Positions 18,298-27,226 of a stretch of DNA of 41,468 bases are shown one piece after another. Position 1 is the first letter of the stretch, and every line of letters starts with the position of its first letter. The position numbers were made by a program, and so were the translations under genes. The notes beneath the pieces are model-generated. The model was not told the origin of the DNA. It was given only the letters and a program-made list of their open reading frames with translations, and did not search any database. Source of the stretch: Escherichia phage HK106; sequence record NC_019768.1, one strand, 5' to 3'.

Positions 18298-18935
18298 TGG
18301 CCGAATTTGGCGCGATGATATTAATGGACAACGGGAACCCATTTGTAACGCCCCAGTCAACGCCTTTTTGTCTTTACGGCAAGTACACTTTCAACTCCTC
18401 TGCTAATGGCAGTTCGCAGCAGGTTGCTCAGAATATTGCATTAAATGCTGACTACCCTGTGATGGTATTTATCAGGACCACAAATACCGCCCAGCCCACG
18501 CCAGTAATATCTTACCGGAACGGCGGAAATATATATGTCGCGGGGGTTAATCCCTATAACCAGAGCTTCACGTTAACCGCATATATTTTTGCCATATTTC
18601 CCCAGACGTTACCGAAATGGGGGATGGCCATCTGGGATTCGAGCGGGAAGCTGGTACTCACTAATGAGTCCCGCGTGCTGTCAGACTTGCAGACAATCGG
18701 AACGCCTGGAGCAAACGGCGGGATTAACATTGACCAGACGCTTGATGGTTCATGGGCAGTGGCTCCATCAAGGCTGGGGCAAGTGAACAGAAACGACGCT
18801 TACTCATCTTGTAGGTATTCAGGCACAAGTACAAGAATAAACGCCGGTACAGCCGCAAATACACCTGGCGGTGCTGGAGGGGTGATAAATAATGGAATTA
18901 TCCTGACAGCAATTAAAACAGACGCCTATGATTGA
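18297..18935 (+). CDS. hypothetical protein (tail operon, downstream of J)
   Basis: 212-aa ORF, TAATG overlap with the upstream ORF. Confidence 0.5.
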   Translation: MAEFGAMILMDNGNPFVTPQSTPFCLYGKYTFNSSANGSSQQVAQNIALNADYPVMVFIRTTNTAQPTPVISYRNGGNIYVAGVNPYNQSFTLTAYIFAIFPQTLPKWGMAIWDSSGKLVLTNESRVLSDLQTIGTPGANGGINIDQTLDGSWAVAPSRLGQVNRNDAYSSCRYSGTSTRINAGTAANTPGGAGGVINNGIILTAIKTDAYD

Positions 18936-19042
18936 TTGTTTTGAGCGATCAATAACAAATAATTTATCTATCTAATCAATTATATCCATCGATTATGTAT
19001 TGGTATCTTCGAAGCTACTGAATACCTCTGGATACTATCAAA

Positions 19043-19276
19043 ATGAAAAGGCTAATTATCTGCATAGCGGGCGCTTTAATGCTGTCTGGTTGCGCTGGTG
19101 TACTTGAGAAACAGAAACCGATTTGCAGCGGCACGGCATATATGGGTGGCCATGAGAATACCGTTATGATTTACGCCGTTCGAAAGCAAAACAACCAGAC
19201 GCAATACCGGGCCGGATATCCCTTTAACTGGCGCTGGGTAAGTGCGAACACATTCACAAGCACGACATGTAAATAA
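19043..19276 (+). CDS. small lipoprotein, Cor-like putative superinfection exclusion protein
   Basis: 77 aa; signal peptide with lipobox LSGC; AT-rich upstream region and own terminator; position downstream of J where cor is found in phi80/HK022-type phages. Confidence 0.5.
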   Translation: MKRLIICIAGALMLSGCAGVLEKQKPICSGTAYMGGHENTVMIYAVRKQNNQTQYRAGYPFNWRWVSANTFTSTTCK

Positions 19277-19294
19277 CTCATGATTTTCAATGCA

Positions 19295-19320
19295 AACCTC
19301 GCCTCGGCGGGGTTTTTTAT
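19295..19320 (+). terminator. intrinsic terminator
   Basis: CCTCGCC-tc-GGCGGGG followed by TTTTTTA. Confidence 0.6.
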
Positions 19321-19334
19321 TGCCTGGAGAAAAT

Positions 19335-20288
19335 ATGCTTTATAACACTGGAACCATCGCCATTAACGGAAACAGCGCCACCGGCACGGGCACGAACTGG
19401 ACGGCACCCGCCAGCCAGGTTCGCGCTGGCCAGACGATTATCGTGATGTCTAACCCGGTGCAGCTGTTTCAGATTTCATCCGTGAACAGCGCCACGTCAA
19501 TGACGGTTACTCCAGCTGCTTCCCCTGCGCTGAGCGGCCAGAAGTATGGAATTCTGGTATCAGACAATATCTCGGTTGATGGGCTGGCGCTGGCCATGTC
19601 GCAGCTTATCAAGGAGTATGACGAGAATATTGGTGCGTGGGAGACGTTCGCCACAACCTCAGCAAACCAAAGCATCACAGTTACCATCAACGGCACCGCC
19701 GTAACCATCCCAGGCATCGGTAAACTTGCGCAGAAAGGGAGCAACGGTGCGGTTACTGTCGCAGACGGCGGAACCGGCGCAACGAATGCCGCAGACGCTC
19801 GCACAAACCTTGGTTTGGGAGAAGGCTCTGCATTACCTGTTGGTGTCCCTGTTCCGTGGCCTTCCGCCACTCCGCCAACAGGCTGGCTGAAATGCAACGG
19901 TGCGGTTTTTTCTGCTGAAGAATACCCGGAACTGGCAAAGGCTTATCCAACAAATAAATTGCCAGATTTACGTGGTGAGTTTATTCGTGGCTGGGATGAC
20001 GGGCGTGGGGTCGATTCAGGGCGAGCGCTGCTGTCCGCACAAGGTGATGCTATAAGGGACATATCAGGGAAGCTCTTGGGACTTATGACCACTGCGGGAA
20101 GCCAGATGACAGCAGACGAGTGGGTAACAGGGGCATTTAATGCTGTATACGAAGGCGGCGCTGGTCAAACAACCTCATCGCCCGGTAGTAGGTATGACGT
20201 AGGTTTTTCCGCCGCCAGAGTTGTACCAACTGCGGAAGAAAACCGACCACGTAACATTGCATTTAACTACATTGTAAGGGCATCATGA
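19335..20288 (+). CDS. side tail fibre protein with C-terminal collar-like domain
   Basis: about 317 aa from the ATG at 19335 (SD GGAG); C-terminal motif LPDLRGEFIRGWDDGRGVDSGR typical of phage tail fibre collar domains; the track start 19290 lies inside the terminator. Confidence 0.8.
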   Translation: MLYNTGTIAINGNSATGTGTNWTAPASQVRAGQTIIVMSNPVQLFQISSVNSATSMTVTPAASPALSGQKYGILVSDNISVDGLALAMSQLIKEYDENIGAWETFATTSANQSITVTINGTAVTIPGIGKLAQKGSNGAVTVADGGTGATNAADARTNLGLGEGSALPVGVPVPWPSATPPTGWLKCNGAVFSAEEYPELAKAYPTNKLPDLRGEFIRGWDDGRGVDSGRALLSAQGDAIRDISGKLLGLMTTAGSQMTADEWVTGAFNAVYEGGAGQTTSSPGSRYDVGFSAARVVPTAEENRPRNIAFNYIVRAS

Positions 20289-20896
20289 TGACCACAAAAA
20301 AAATCACTTTGGATGAAAACGGATTTGCAACAGAAGCTGGCTTCATCACCGTTTACAACTACAGCGGTGAAACGCGGGAATATATTTCCACATCAACTGA
20401 ATATCTTGCCGTTGGTGTCGGTATCCCGGCATGTTCTTGTTTAGATGCACCAGTTACACATAAAGCTGGTTATGCAATCTGCCGTTCTGCAGATTTTAAC
20501 TCATGGGAATATGTGCCAGACCATCGCGGTGAAATCGTTTTTAGCACCGAAACAGGGGAATCAAAAGAAATCACAGCTCCGGGTGATTACCCTGATAATA
20601 CAACCACTATCGCCCCGTTAACCCCATACGATAAATGGGATGGTGAGAAATGGGTGACGGATACCGAGGCACAGCACGGCGCAGCAGTAGATGCAGCAGA
20701 AGCACAGCGCCAGTCGCTGATTGATACTGCAATGGCCTCCATCAGTCTGATTCAGCTGAAATTGCAGGCCGGACGTAAACTGACGCAGGCAGAAACAACC
20801 CGCCTTAACGCTGTGCTGGATTACATTGACGCGGTGACGGCAACAGATACCAGCACCGCGCCGGATGTCATCTGGCCTGAACTGCCGGAGGCGTAG
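20285..20896 (+). CDS. tail fibre assembly protein (Tfa)
   Basis: 203 aa, ATGA overlap with the fibre gene; Tfa-like sequence. Confidence 0.8.
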   Translation: MMTTKKITLDENGFATEAGFITVYNYSGETREYISTSTEYLAVGVGIPACSCLDAPVTHKAGYAICRSADFNSWEYVPDHRGEIVFSTETGESKEITAPGDYPDNTTTIAPLTPYDKWDGEKWVTDTEAQHGAAVDAAEAQRQSLIDTAMASISLIQLKLQAGRKLTQAETTRLNAVLDYIDAVTATDTSTAPDVIWPELPEA

Positions 20897-21224
20897 GCCA
20901 TTCAATATCTGGCGCACCGGAAGTATCGACCAGCTCCAGTGCGTCCAGTTGACATCCTCCACGCCCTGAAGGACGGGGTTTTACGGCGCACCGGATAAAT
21001 CCAAATGGAGTTTCGGGAGATAAATGAAACCGCAGCCACGTCGTATGCAAGAACGTGCTGCGGCTGGCTGGCGAACTTTCGATAGTGCGAGTATTGAATG
21101 ATTTCCAGCCGTTACCGATTTTACTATGTTTTCAGTAGAACGCTTAGACAAAACTGAGGCGCACAAAGCTTTGCACTGGACTGCAAGGTGTTGTGCTTCT
21201 CTGGAGTGCGATATGTTTGATGAC

Positions 21225-21262
21225 AAAAAATTAGCGCAAGAGGACAACAAATCACCTTGCGC
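21225..21262 (-). terminator. sib / tI-like hairpin terminator downstream of int
   Basis: GCGCAAG…CTTGCGC hairpin with a T-tract on the minus strand; same arrangement as lambda sib/tI next to attP. Confidence 0.5.
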
Positions 21263-21411
21263 TAATGCTCTGCTACAGGTCACTAATACTATCTAAGTAG
21301 TTGATTCATAGTGACTGGATATGTTGTGTTTTGTCGCATTATGTAGTCTATTTTTTAGACTAAATATATTGTAATGCATTGATATTAATGGTTTTTAATG
21401 TTTCACGTTCA

Positions 21412-21426
21412 GCTTTTTTATACTAA
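21412..21426. other. attP core, lambda type
   Basis: CAGCTTTTTTATACTAAGTTGG with AT-rich arm sequences on both sides, adjacent to int; core is present once and intact. Confidence 0.85.
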
Positions 21427-21499
21427 GTTGGCATTATAAAAAAGCATTGCTTATCAATTTGTTGCAACGAACAGGTCACTATCAGTCAAAATAAAATCA

Positions 21500-22570
21500 T
21501 TATTTGATTTCAATTTTGTCCCACTCCCTGCCTCTGTCATCACGATACTGTGATGCCATGGTGTCCGACTTATGCCCGAGAAGATGTTGAGCAAACTTAT
21601 CGCTTATCTGCTTCTCATAGAGTCTTGCAGACAAACTGCGCAACTCGTGAAAGGTAGGCGGATCCCCTTCGAAGGAAAGACCTGATGCTTTTCGTGCGCG
21701 CATAAAATACCTTGATACTGTGCCGGATGAAAGCGGTTCGCGACGAGTAGATGCAATTATGGTTTCTCCGCCAAGAATCTCTTTGCATTTATCAAGTGTT
21801 TCCTTCATTGATATCCCGAGAGCATCAACATGCAATGTTGTAGGTATGGCAATTTTTACGCCTGTTTTGCTTTGCTCGACATAAAGATAGCCATCTACGA
21901 TATCAGACCACTTCATTTCGCATAAATCACCAACTCGTTGCCCGGTAACAACAGCCAGTTCCATTGCAAGTCTGAGCCAACATGGTGATGATTCTGCTGC
22001 TTGATAAATTTTCAGGTATTCGTCAGCTGTAAGTCTTGATCTCCTTACCTCTGATTTTGCTGCGCGAGTGGCAGCGACCGGGTTTGTTGTTATATGGCCT
22101 TCAGCTATTGCCTCTCGGAATGCATCGCTCAGTGTTGATCTGATTAACTTGGCTGATGCCGCCTTGCCCTCGTCTATGTATCCATTGAGCATTGCCGCAA
22201 TTTCTTTTGTGGTGATGTCTTCAAGTGGAGCATCAGGCAGACCCCTCCTTATTGCTTTAATTTTGCTCATGTAATTTATGAGTGTCTTCTGCTTGATTCC
22301 TCTGCTGGCCAGGATTTTTTCGTAGCGATCAAGCCATGAATGTAACGTAACGGAATTATCACTGTTGATTCTCGCTGTCAGAGGCTTGTGTTTGTGCCCT
22401 GAAAATAACTCAATGTTGGCCTGTATAGCTTCAGTGATTGCGATTCGCCTGTCTCGGCCTAATCCAAACTCTTTACCCGTCCTTGGGTCCCTGTAGCAGT
22501 AATATCCATTGTTTCTTATATAAAGATTAGGGGGTAAATCCCGGCGCTCATGACTTCGCCTTCTTCCCAT
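21500..22570 (-). CDS. int: tyrosine integrase (lambda Int-like)
   Basis: 356 aa, matches lambda Int over its whole length as I recall it; overlaps xis. Confidence 0.95.
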   Translation of the reverse strand: MGRRRSHERRDLPPNLYIRNNGYYCYRDPRTGKEFGLGRDRRIAITEAIQANIELFSGHKHKPLTARINSDNSVTLHSWLDRYEKILASRGIKQKTLINYMSKIKAIRRGLPDAPLEDITTKEIAAMLNGYIDEGKAASAKLIRSTLSDAFREAIAEGHITTNPVAATRAAKSEVRRSRLTADEYLKIYQAAESSPCWLRLAMELAVVTGQRVGDLCEMKWSDIVDGYLYVEQSKTGVKIAIPTTLHVDALGISMKETLDKCKEILGGETIIASTRREPLSSGTVSRYFMRARKASGLSFEGDPPTFHELRSLSARLYEKQISDKFAQHLLGHKSDTMASQYRDDRGREWDKIEIK

Positions 22571-22766
22571 TTCTGATCCTCTTCAAAAGGCTACCTGTTA
22601 CTGGTCGATTTAAGTCAACCTTTACCGCTGATTCGTGGAACAGATACTCTCTTCCATCCTTAACCGGAGGTGGGAATATCCTGCACTCGCGTACCCATCG
22701 ACGAACTGTTTCAAGGCTTCTTGGGCGTCGCTGGCGAGCGTTCCACTCCTGAAGTGTCAAGTACAT
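22548..22766 (-). CDS. xis: excisionase (lambda Xis-like)
   Basis: 72 aa MYLTLQEWNARQRRPRSLETVRRWVRECRIFPPP…, overlaps int start. Confidence 0.95.
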   Translation of the reverse strand: MYLTLQEWNARQRRPRSLETVRRWVRECRIFPPPVKDGREYLFHESAVKVDLNRPVTGSLLKRIRNGKKAKS

Positions 22767-22790
22767 CGCAAAGTCTCCGCAATTACACGC

Positions 22791-22815
22791 AAGAAAAAAC
22801 CGCCATCAGGCGGTT
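22791..22815 (-). terminator. intrinsic terminator-like hairpin upstream of xis
   Basis: minus strand AACCGCC-tgat-GGCGGTT followed by TTTTTTCTT; overlaps the stop of the 55-aa ORF. Confidence 0.45.
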
Positions 22816-22973
22816 TGGTGTTCTTTCAGTTCTTCAATTCGAATATTGGTTACGTCTGCATGTGCTATCTGCGCCCACAGCATCCAGTGGTCATAGCAGT
22901 CGTTGATGTCCTCTGCTTCGATAACTCTGTTGAATGGCTCTCCATTCCATTCACCTGTGACTCGGAAGTGCAT
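22806..22973 (-). CDS. hypothetical 55-aa protein
   Basis: ATG with SD GGAGA 7 nt upstream; below the 60-aa track cut-off; hand-translated MHFRVTGEWNGEPFNRVIEAEDINDCYDHWMLWAQIAHADVTNIRIEELKEHQTA. Confidence 0.4.
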   Translation of the reverse strand: MHFRVTGEWNGEPFNRVIEAEDINDCYDHWMLWAQIAHADVTNIRIEELKEHQTA

Positions 22974-23030
22974 TTATCATCTCCATAAAACAAAACCCGC
23001 CGTAGCGAGTTCAGATAAAAGAAACCCGCA

Positions 23031-23831
23031 TTAAGCGGCGTCGGTGAATTCAAATAAAAAACCGGCTTGCGCCGGCTCTCTCATCTTTCTGTCTACCCAC
23101 GCTGATATCGATGGTGGGTGTACCTTTTCAATAGCTGCGCGAAGTACAGCTGTACGTGCCAGTTTGTCGGTAATCTCAGGAAATCGCTTCTCTGTCTTCG
23201 GTACGTTAACAGCAACATTAGTAGAATCCGCACTGGCGAACGGATACATACCAAGAACTCTCACGTCGAGCATTCGAAGACCATGAATTTTCACTTTCAA
23301 ATTACGATTGATATAAAGCTCAGTGAAAACTTCATCCATTCTCTGTTCCCACCATTTAGAGCGTATGTTCCTGTGTGGGCCGCAGCATCCAATCGCCACC
23401 CATTCACATTTTCCAGAAAGGCGTAAAAGACGTTCAATTGATTCGTCGGTATGCCAGACCGGAACCGCTTTTGATTTTAGCCAATCAGGAACCAACTCAA
23501 TCTGCTCGTCGTTTTCTTCCTCTGTCCCTTCGATAACATCAGGTATAAGAAACCATTCAATTCTGCTGAACCACTTCCCAACAAAGTCGTAGAATTTTGC
23601 TCGTCTCTTACTCCAGTCTACCGGAGTGCCTTTCTTTAATGCTTTCATCCAGTCGCTAAAAGCGCCGTTATCAAGGCGTATATCACAAGGGAACATGGCA
23701 ATCTTTTTCATCTGCTCTGGTCTTGCAAATGAAACAAAAGCCCCACCATCACGGTAAAGGGCTTTAATCAGCATATCTGTAGGGGCATGCTCATCCCCCC
23801 ATATTGGGCTGCCGTGAAAGTGGATGGTCAT
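23031..23831 (-). CDS. hypothetical protein, 266 aa, unknown function
   Basis: long uninterrupted ORF in the early-left operon next to xis; no family recognised from sequence. Confidence 0.6.
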   Translation of the reverse strand: MTIHFHGSPIWGDEHAPTDMLIKALYRDGGAFVSFARPEQMKKIAMFPCDIRLDNGAFSDWMKALKKGTPVDWSKRRAKFYDFVGKWFSRIEWFLIPDVIEGTEEENDEQIELVPDWLKSKAVPVWHTDESIERLLRLSGKCEWVAIGCCGPHRNIRSKWWEQRMDEVFTELYINRNLKVKIHGLRMLDVRVLGMYPFASADSTNVAVNVPKTEKRFPEITDKLARTAVLRAAIEKVHPPSISAWVDRKMREPAQAGFLFEFTDAA

Positions 23832-23959
23832 ATTATCCCCATATAAAAGAAATCCCCGCGAGTGCGAGGATTGTTATTGTCTTTGCTTCGTGCATTTGTC
23901 GCACTTTCGGCACCATCCAGATAGGCACATCCGTCCGCAATTAACACATATAGGCCACA

Positions 23960-24241
23960 TCATTTTTCCTCTTTTGGTTTATGAATCTGAATGGTCATGC
24001 CGCTTTGAGTGGTGACTACAATGACAGAACCAGGCTGAAGGCTGTTAAGATTGAATGCTTCGTAAAACGAATCCAATGCCAGTGCTTTTTTATTCTTTCG
24101 GTTCCACCAACGCCATCCCTTGCTACAGGCTACACTGACAATCCACTGCCCACTCCTGTAAGCCATATAAAACCAGATGAGCAAAACCTGAAGGAATGCT
24201 ATCCAGTCAATAATCGTATATTTCGCGAAGGAGTCCATCAT
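23960..24241 (-). CDS. small membrane protein, unknown function
   Basis: 93 aa from ATG at 24241 (SD AGGAGG, ATGA overlap with the upstream gene); one hydrophobic helix (IIDWIAFLQVLLIWFYMAY). Confidence 0.5.
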   Translation of the reverse strand: MMDSFAKYTIIDWIAFLQVLLIWFYMAYRSGQWIVSVACSKGWRWWNRKNKKALALDSFYEAFNLNSLQPGSVIVVTTQSGMTIQIHKPKEEK

Positions 24242-25056
24242 TTCGCCTCCTGCGGCGGTTCTGGTAGCGGCATCCAGTGGGTTACTCCATGCCATATACC
24301 AGTTAAGGTTTCAAACCTTGGCTCTCTGCCTTTCTGTGTCTTGGCATATTCATTCCTTGTATATACGCATTGTCTAACTGCATATCCATTCCATCCAATA
24401 ACTGTTTGTCTAATTTCAGGCATTCGCTCACTACAGCTTATCCAACCATCCTGAGTTACCGGAGAATTGCCAGACAGCTCGTTCAACTTGTAAGTTTGGC
24501 TTACAGGTTCGGCTTCCAGTTCTGCAATGCGCTTCTCTGTGGCTTCCAGCTTCTCGCGCATATCATCAACGTACTCGACCAGAGATCCGCCAGCAGGAAT
24601 TTCGCACTCCTCGACCAGTTGGAAGTAGATATCAGCTGCGGACCGTGTGTTGCTATGCCTAGCGTCGCCCATCTCACCTTCACGAAGAGCATCGCGTTCT
24701 GCGGTAAGATTGGCTATTTTGCTGTCTTTGCCTTCCAGCTCAACACGCAGTTTCCCTACCGTTAGCGCAATTTCCTCGTTCTCCTGGTCACGGCGTTTGA
24801 TGTATTGCTGGTTTCTTTCCCGTTCATCCAGCAACGCCTGCACTACTTCAGGGTTGAAAGCTGCGATATAACGCGCGTTATTCTCTGCGTTTTCCTGTCC
24901 ATCAAAGCCGGTCCATTTGATAACGTCTTCACATCGTTTATCACCGGGTGTATGCACCGCATATGTACCAGTACCCGACGAAATAAATGCGACCCATTCG
25001 CCTTGTGTTGCCTGTTTTGCTATCTCACGCAGTGCCTGGTAATTAATTTCGCTCAC
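24238..25056 (-). CDS. Ead/Ea22-like protein with C-terminal DUF551-like domain
   Basis: GTG start at 25056 with SD AGGAGG; N-terminus VSEINYQALREIAKQATQGEW typical of Ea22-like proteins; central coiled coil; C-terminal DGWISCSERMPE region. Confidence 0.6.
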   Translation of the reverse strand: MSEINYQALREIAKQATQGEWVAFISSGTGTYAVHTPGDKRCEDVIKWTGFDGQENAENNARYIAAFNPEVVQALLDERERNQQYIKRRDQENEEIALTVGKLRVELEGKDSKIANLTAERDALREGEMGDARHSNTRSAADIYFQLVEECEIPAGGSLVEYVDDMREKLEATEKRIAELEAEPVSQTYKLNELSGNSPVTQDGWISCSERMPEIRQTVIGWNGYAVRQCVYTRNEYAKTQKGREPRFETLTGIWHGVTHWMPLPEPPQEAK

Positions 25057-25276
25057 TGGTTGCCTCCTTTGCTCGCTGATTCCACTCAGCTCTAACCTCT
25101 GAATAAAAAATCGCGCAGTCATTTCCAGGAGCTGCATATTTGCTACCAGATTGAGCGCGACACGTACCGCATCGAACGAAATAGAATCGACCGCCAGAGC
25201 CATATTCAGGGTGATCTGCTTCGCTGGCAACGTGCGCTGCGCCGCCACAGAATGGACATGGTAGTAGGTTGCTCAT
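25043..25276 (-). CDS. Lar-family restriction alleviation-like protein
   Basis: 77 aa from ATG at 25276 (ATGA overlap); CPFCGG … CGTC zinc-ribbon pattern and AEWNQRA motif. Confidence 0.55.
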   Translation of the reverse strand: MSNLLPCPFCGGAAHVASEADHPEYGSGGRFYFVRCGTCRAQSGSKYAAPGNDCAIFYSEVRAEWNQRAKEATSERN

Positions 25277-25749
25277 GAATGCACTCTCTTGCGAAGTTGG
25301 TCTGCACAATGCAGCAGGGCGTCCGTCGCTTCTTTCACCGTAACGATATCGCCATCGTCCAGCCCGGCAACCGTCGCGTCCTTAACGAACACCGAGCAAA
25401 GGTCATTAAACGCCTGCGCCCGTACTTCAGCCAGAAAAGCATCGGTAGCTGGAGTTTCAGTAACATCATCTTCCCATTCGCTAAACTCCTCACGACAAAA
25501 GTCATTAAATTCCTTCTCAGATTGCTTAAGCGATGTATTTTCAGCAGCCATCTTCGCGCATTTAGCCTCAAGGTTATCAATCGTGATTCCAGCAGAACGA
25601 CACTCCCGCAACGCAGTTTCCAGTTTTGATTCAAGCTCACCGAACTTACGCACCAGATATTCAGCGTTTGTTTCGTTAACCTTTAAATCTCGTGGAATGC
25701 ATTTACCTTTCAGAAATCCATCCATCTCAATTAGTGTCATTTGTTTCAT
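25273..25749 (-). CDS. hypothetical protein, about 158 aa
   Basis: ORF with ATGA coupling to the upstream gene; coiled-coil rich; no family recognised. Confidence 0.5.
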   Translation of the reverse strand: MKQMTLIEMDGFLKGKCIPRDLKVNETNAEYLVRKFGELESKLETALRECRSAGITIDNLEAKCAKMAAENTSLKQSEKEFNDFCREEFSEWEDDVTETPATDAFLAEVRAQAFNDLCSVFVKDATVAGLDDGDIVTVKEATDALLHCADQLRKRVHS

Positions 25750-25928
25750 TTCTTCCCACTCCGCCACATTGCATTCAGATATTTGTTGTCATTAACAGAA
25801 CCGAAACTCTTTCTCTTAAGCAATTCCTCTCTCGATGGCATTGGCTTTACGCGTTGGCGAATAATCATTTCTGCCGGAAGAATGCCGGGATTGTATGCAA
25901 GTCCTCTCATGGTAAATTCCTCAGTCAT
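25746..25928 (-). CDS. hypothetical small protein (start uncertain)
   Basis: short ORF between two better supported genes; several candidate ATGs, one with SD GAGGAA. Confidence 0.3.
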   Translation of the reverse strand: MTEEFTMRGLAYNPGILPAEMIIRQRVKPMPSREELLKRKSFGSVNDNKYLNAMWRSGKK

Positions 25929-26214
25929 TACTGATAGCGCCATAGCGTGAGCGGTAATTACGCAGGCGCGGGTCAATTTCAGGGAAGTGGGTATATGTGG
26001 CTTTGCGGAATGGTCGGATTGATGTCTGGTAAATTCGCTCTCGTTCTTCTTTCTCTGCAAGCCATATACAGTGGCGAAATTCCTTTTCCTCTTTCGTTTC
26101 CTGCGGTAGCGACATTATCCGATCGTAGTTTTTTCTGAATTTATCCAGCACCTCCGATACGGAATTGCCGGAACATCGGCGTGGGTCATCCTCACCATAC
26201 AGAGGCGCTGGCAT
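25921..26214 (-). CDS. hypothetical 97-aa protein (position and size reminiscent of P22 Abc2, unverified)
   Basis: ATG with SD AAGGA; lies downstream of erf/ssb in the recombination block. Confidence 0.45.
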   Translation of the reverse strand: MPAPLYGEDDPRRCSGNSVSEVLDKFRKNYDRIMSLPQETKEEKEFRHCIWLAEKEERERIYQTSIRPFRKATYTHFPEIDPRLRNYRSRYGAISND

Positions 26215-26237
26215 AATGGAATCCTTATTTTTCTATA

Positions 26238-26621
26238 TCAGAATGGGATGGAATCGTCGTATACAGGAGTGTTCTGCTGGTTACTACTTTGCTGCTGCGG
26301 GCCATTTCCTGAAGCTGCAAATCCAATCTTTGCATTCAGTAATTCAAGAGTGATTGATTGACCATTTTGCCCCTGATAAACATCAACCCTGATGTTTTCT
26401 CCGGTAATTTCAACAATGCCTCCTTCAACCAGAACGCTACGGTAGTAATCCGCTTGCGCTCCCGGCTTGGCAAATACAACGGCGCTGTAGTTTGTCCATT
26501 CTTTCTTTTTTGTCTGGCGATCGTAATACTGAACGCCAGCACGGATGTTGAATCCGATATTTTCCCCGGCCTGAAACTCTCTTACGGGCTTGTTTAGTCT
26601 TACAGTAATCGAATGTGCCAT
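26238..26621 (-). CDS. ssb: single-stranded DNA-binding protein (short OB-fold SSB with acidic C-terminal tip)
   Basis: 127 aa from ATG at 26621 (TAATG overlap with erf); C-terminus …PVYDDSIPF resembles the conserved SSB tail DDDIPF. Confidence 0.6.
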   Translation of the reverse strand: MAHSITVRLNKPVREFQAGENIGFNIRAGVQYYDRQTKKKEWTNYSAVVFAKPGAQADYYRSVLVEGGIVEITGENIRVDVYQGQNGQSITLELLNAKIGFAASGNGPQQQSSNQQNTPVYDDSIPF

Positions 26622-27226
26622 TAAGCAGCCGCTCCTTCTAATTCGTCTCGTCTGATGTTGTAAACGTCCTGCGCTTTGTGCTGCTCCGGTGTGCCTTCGA
26701 GCATCTTCCACGCTTTGGCGAACGCCTGTTTAAGCTCTTCCACGGTGTTTTTCTGCAATGCTGCGTCAGTGAATGCTTTTAGAACCTGTTCAGGTGTAGG
26801 TGATGGTTTTGATTGCTTTGCTGCTGCGTTCTGCTGATGTTTATGCTCGTCTGTATCTGCATCTTTCGCATCATCTATGCCGAACAAACCATTGAGGCAA
26901 TACTTGCGTGCATAAGAGCTTGTAGCTCCAGTAACTTGTGCAGAATCCATTCCTTTCTTGCTTTCTTCCTCTCGTGCAAGAGCGGTTGCCGTATGACTGT
27001 TTTCGCCATCGGTAATAGTTGCCGTGGCTTTCACGTAATACCGATCACCAATCAACACAACTTCATCGCTGATTGATAAAAACAGGCCATTCAGTAACGG
27101 CTTAACGCCTTCAAGAATGTCTTCGCAGCTTCTGTATTTATATTTGCCGAATGAGTTGTACTGATTCTTTGGCGCGTTCAGATTCTCCTGAATAGCTGCC
27201 AGTCTTGCGTAAAATTCTTTGCTCAT
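26621..27226 (-). CDS. erf: Erf-family single-strand annealing protein
   Basis: 201 aa from ATG at 27226; MSKEFYARLAAIQENLNAPKNQYNSFGKYKYRSCEDILEG… closely resembles P22 Erf as I recall it. Confidence 0.85.
   Translation of the reverse strand: MSKEFYARLAAIQENLNAPKNQYNSFGKYKYRSCEDILEGVKPLLNGLFLSISDEVVLIGDRYYVKATATITDGENSHTATALAREEESKKGMDSAQVTGATSSYARKYCLNGLFGIDDAKDADTDEHKHQQNAAAKQSKPSPTPEQVLKAFTDAALQKNTVEELKQAFAKAWKMLEGTPEQHKAQDVYNIRRDELEGAAA

Noticed and set aside
20868-21283. 60-aa and 100-aa minus-strand ORFs between tfa and attP
   Set aside because: The region corresponds to the attP arm and sib/tI hairpin; the ORFs lack SD sequences and overlap regulatory sequence.
22865-23053. 62-aa minus-strand ORF with TTG start
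   Set aside because: An overlapping frame (22806-22973) has an ATG with a proper SD and ends at a terminator, so that frame is preferred; the TTG frame may be an artefact.
23044-25795. Plus-strand ORFs of 74-168 aa (for example 23981-24454, 24370-24765, 25289-25795)
   Set aside because: All are antisense to a tightly packed, translationally coupled minus-strand operon.
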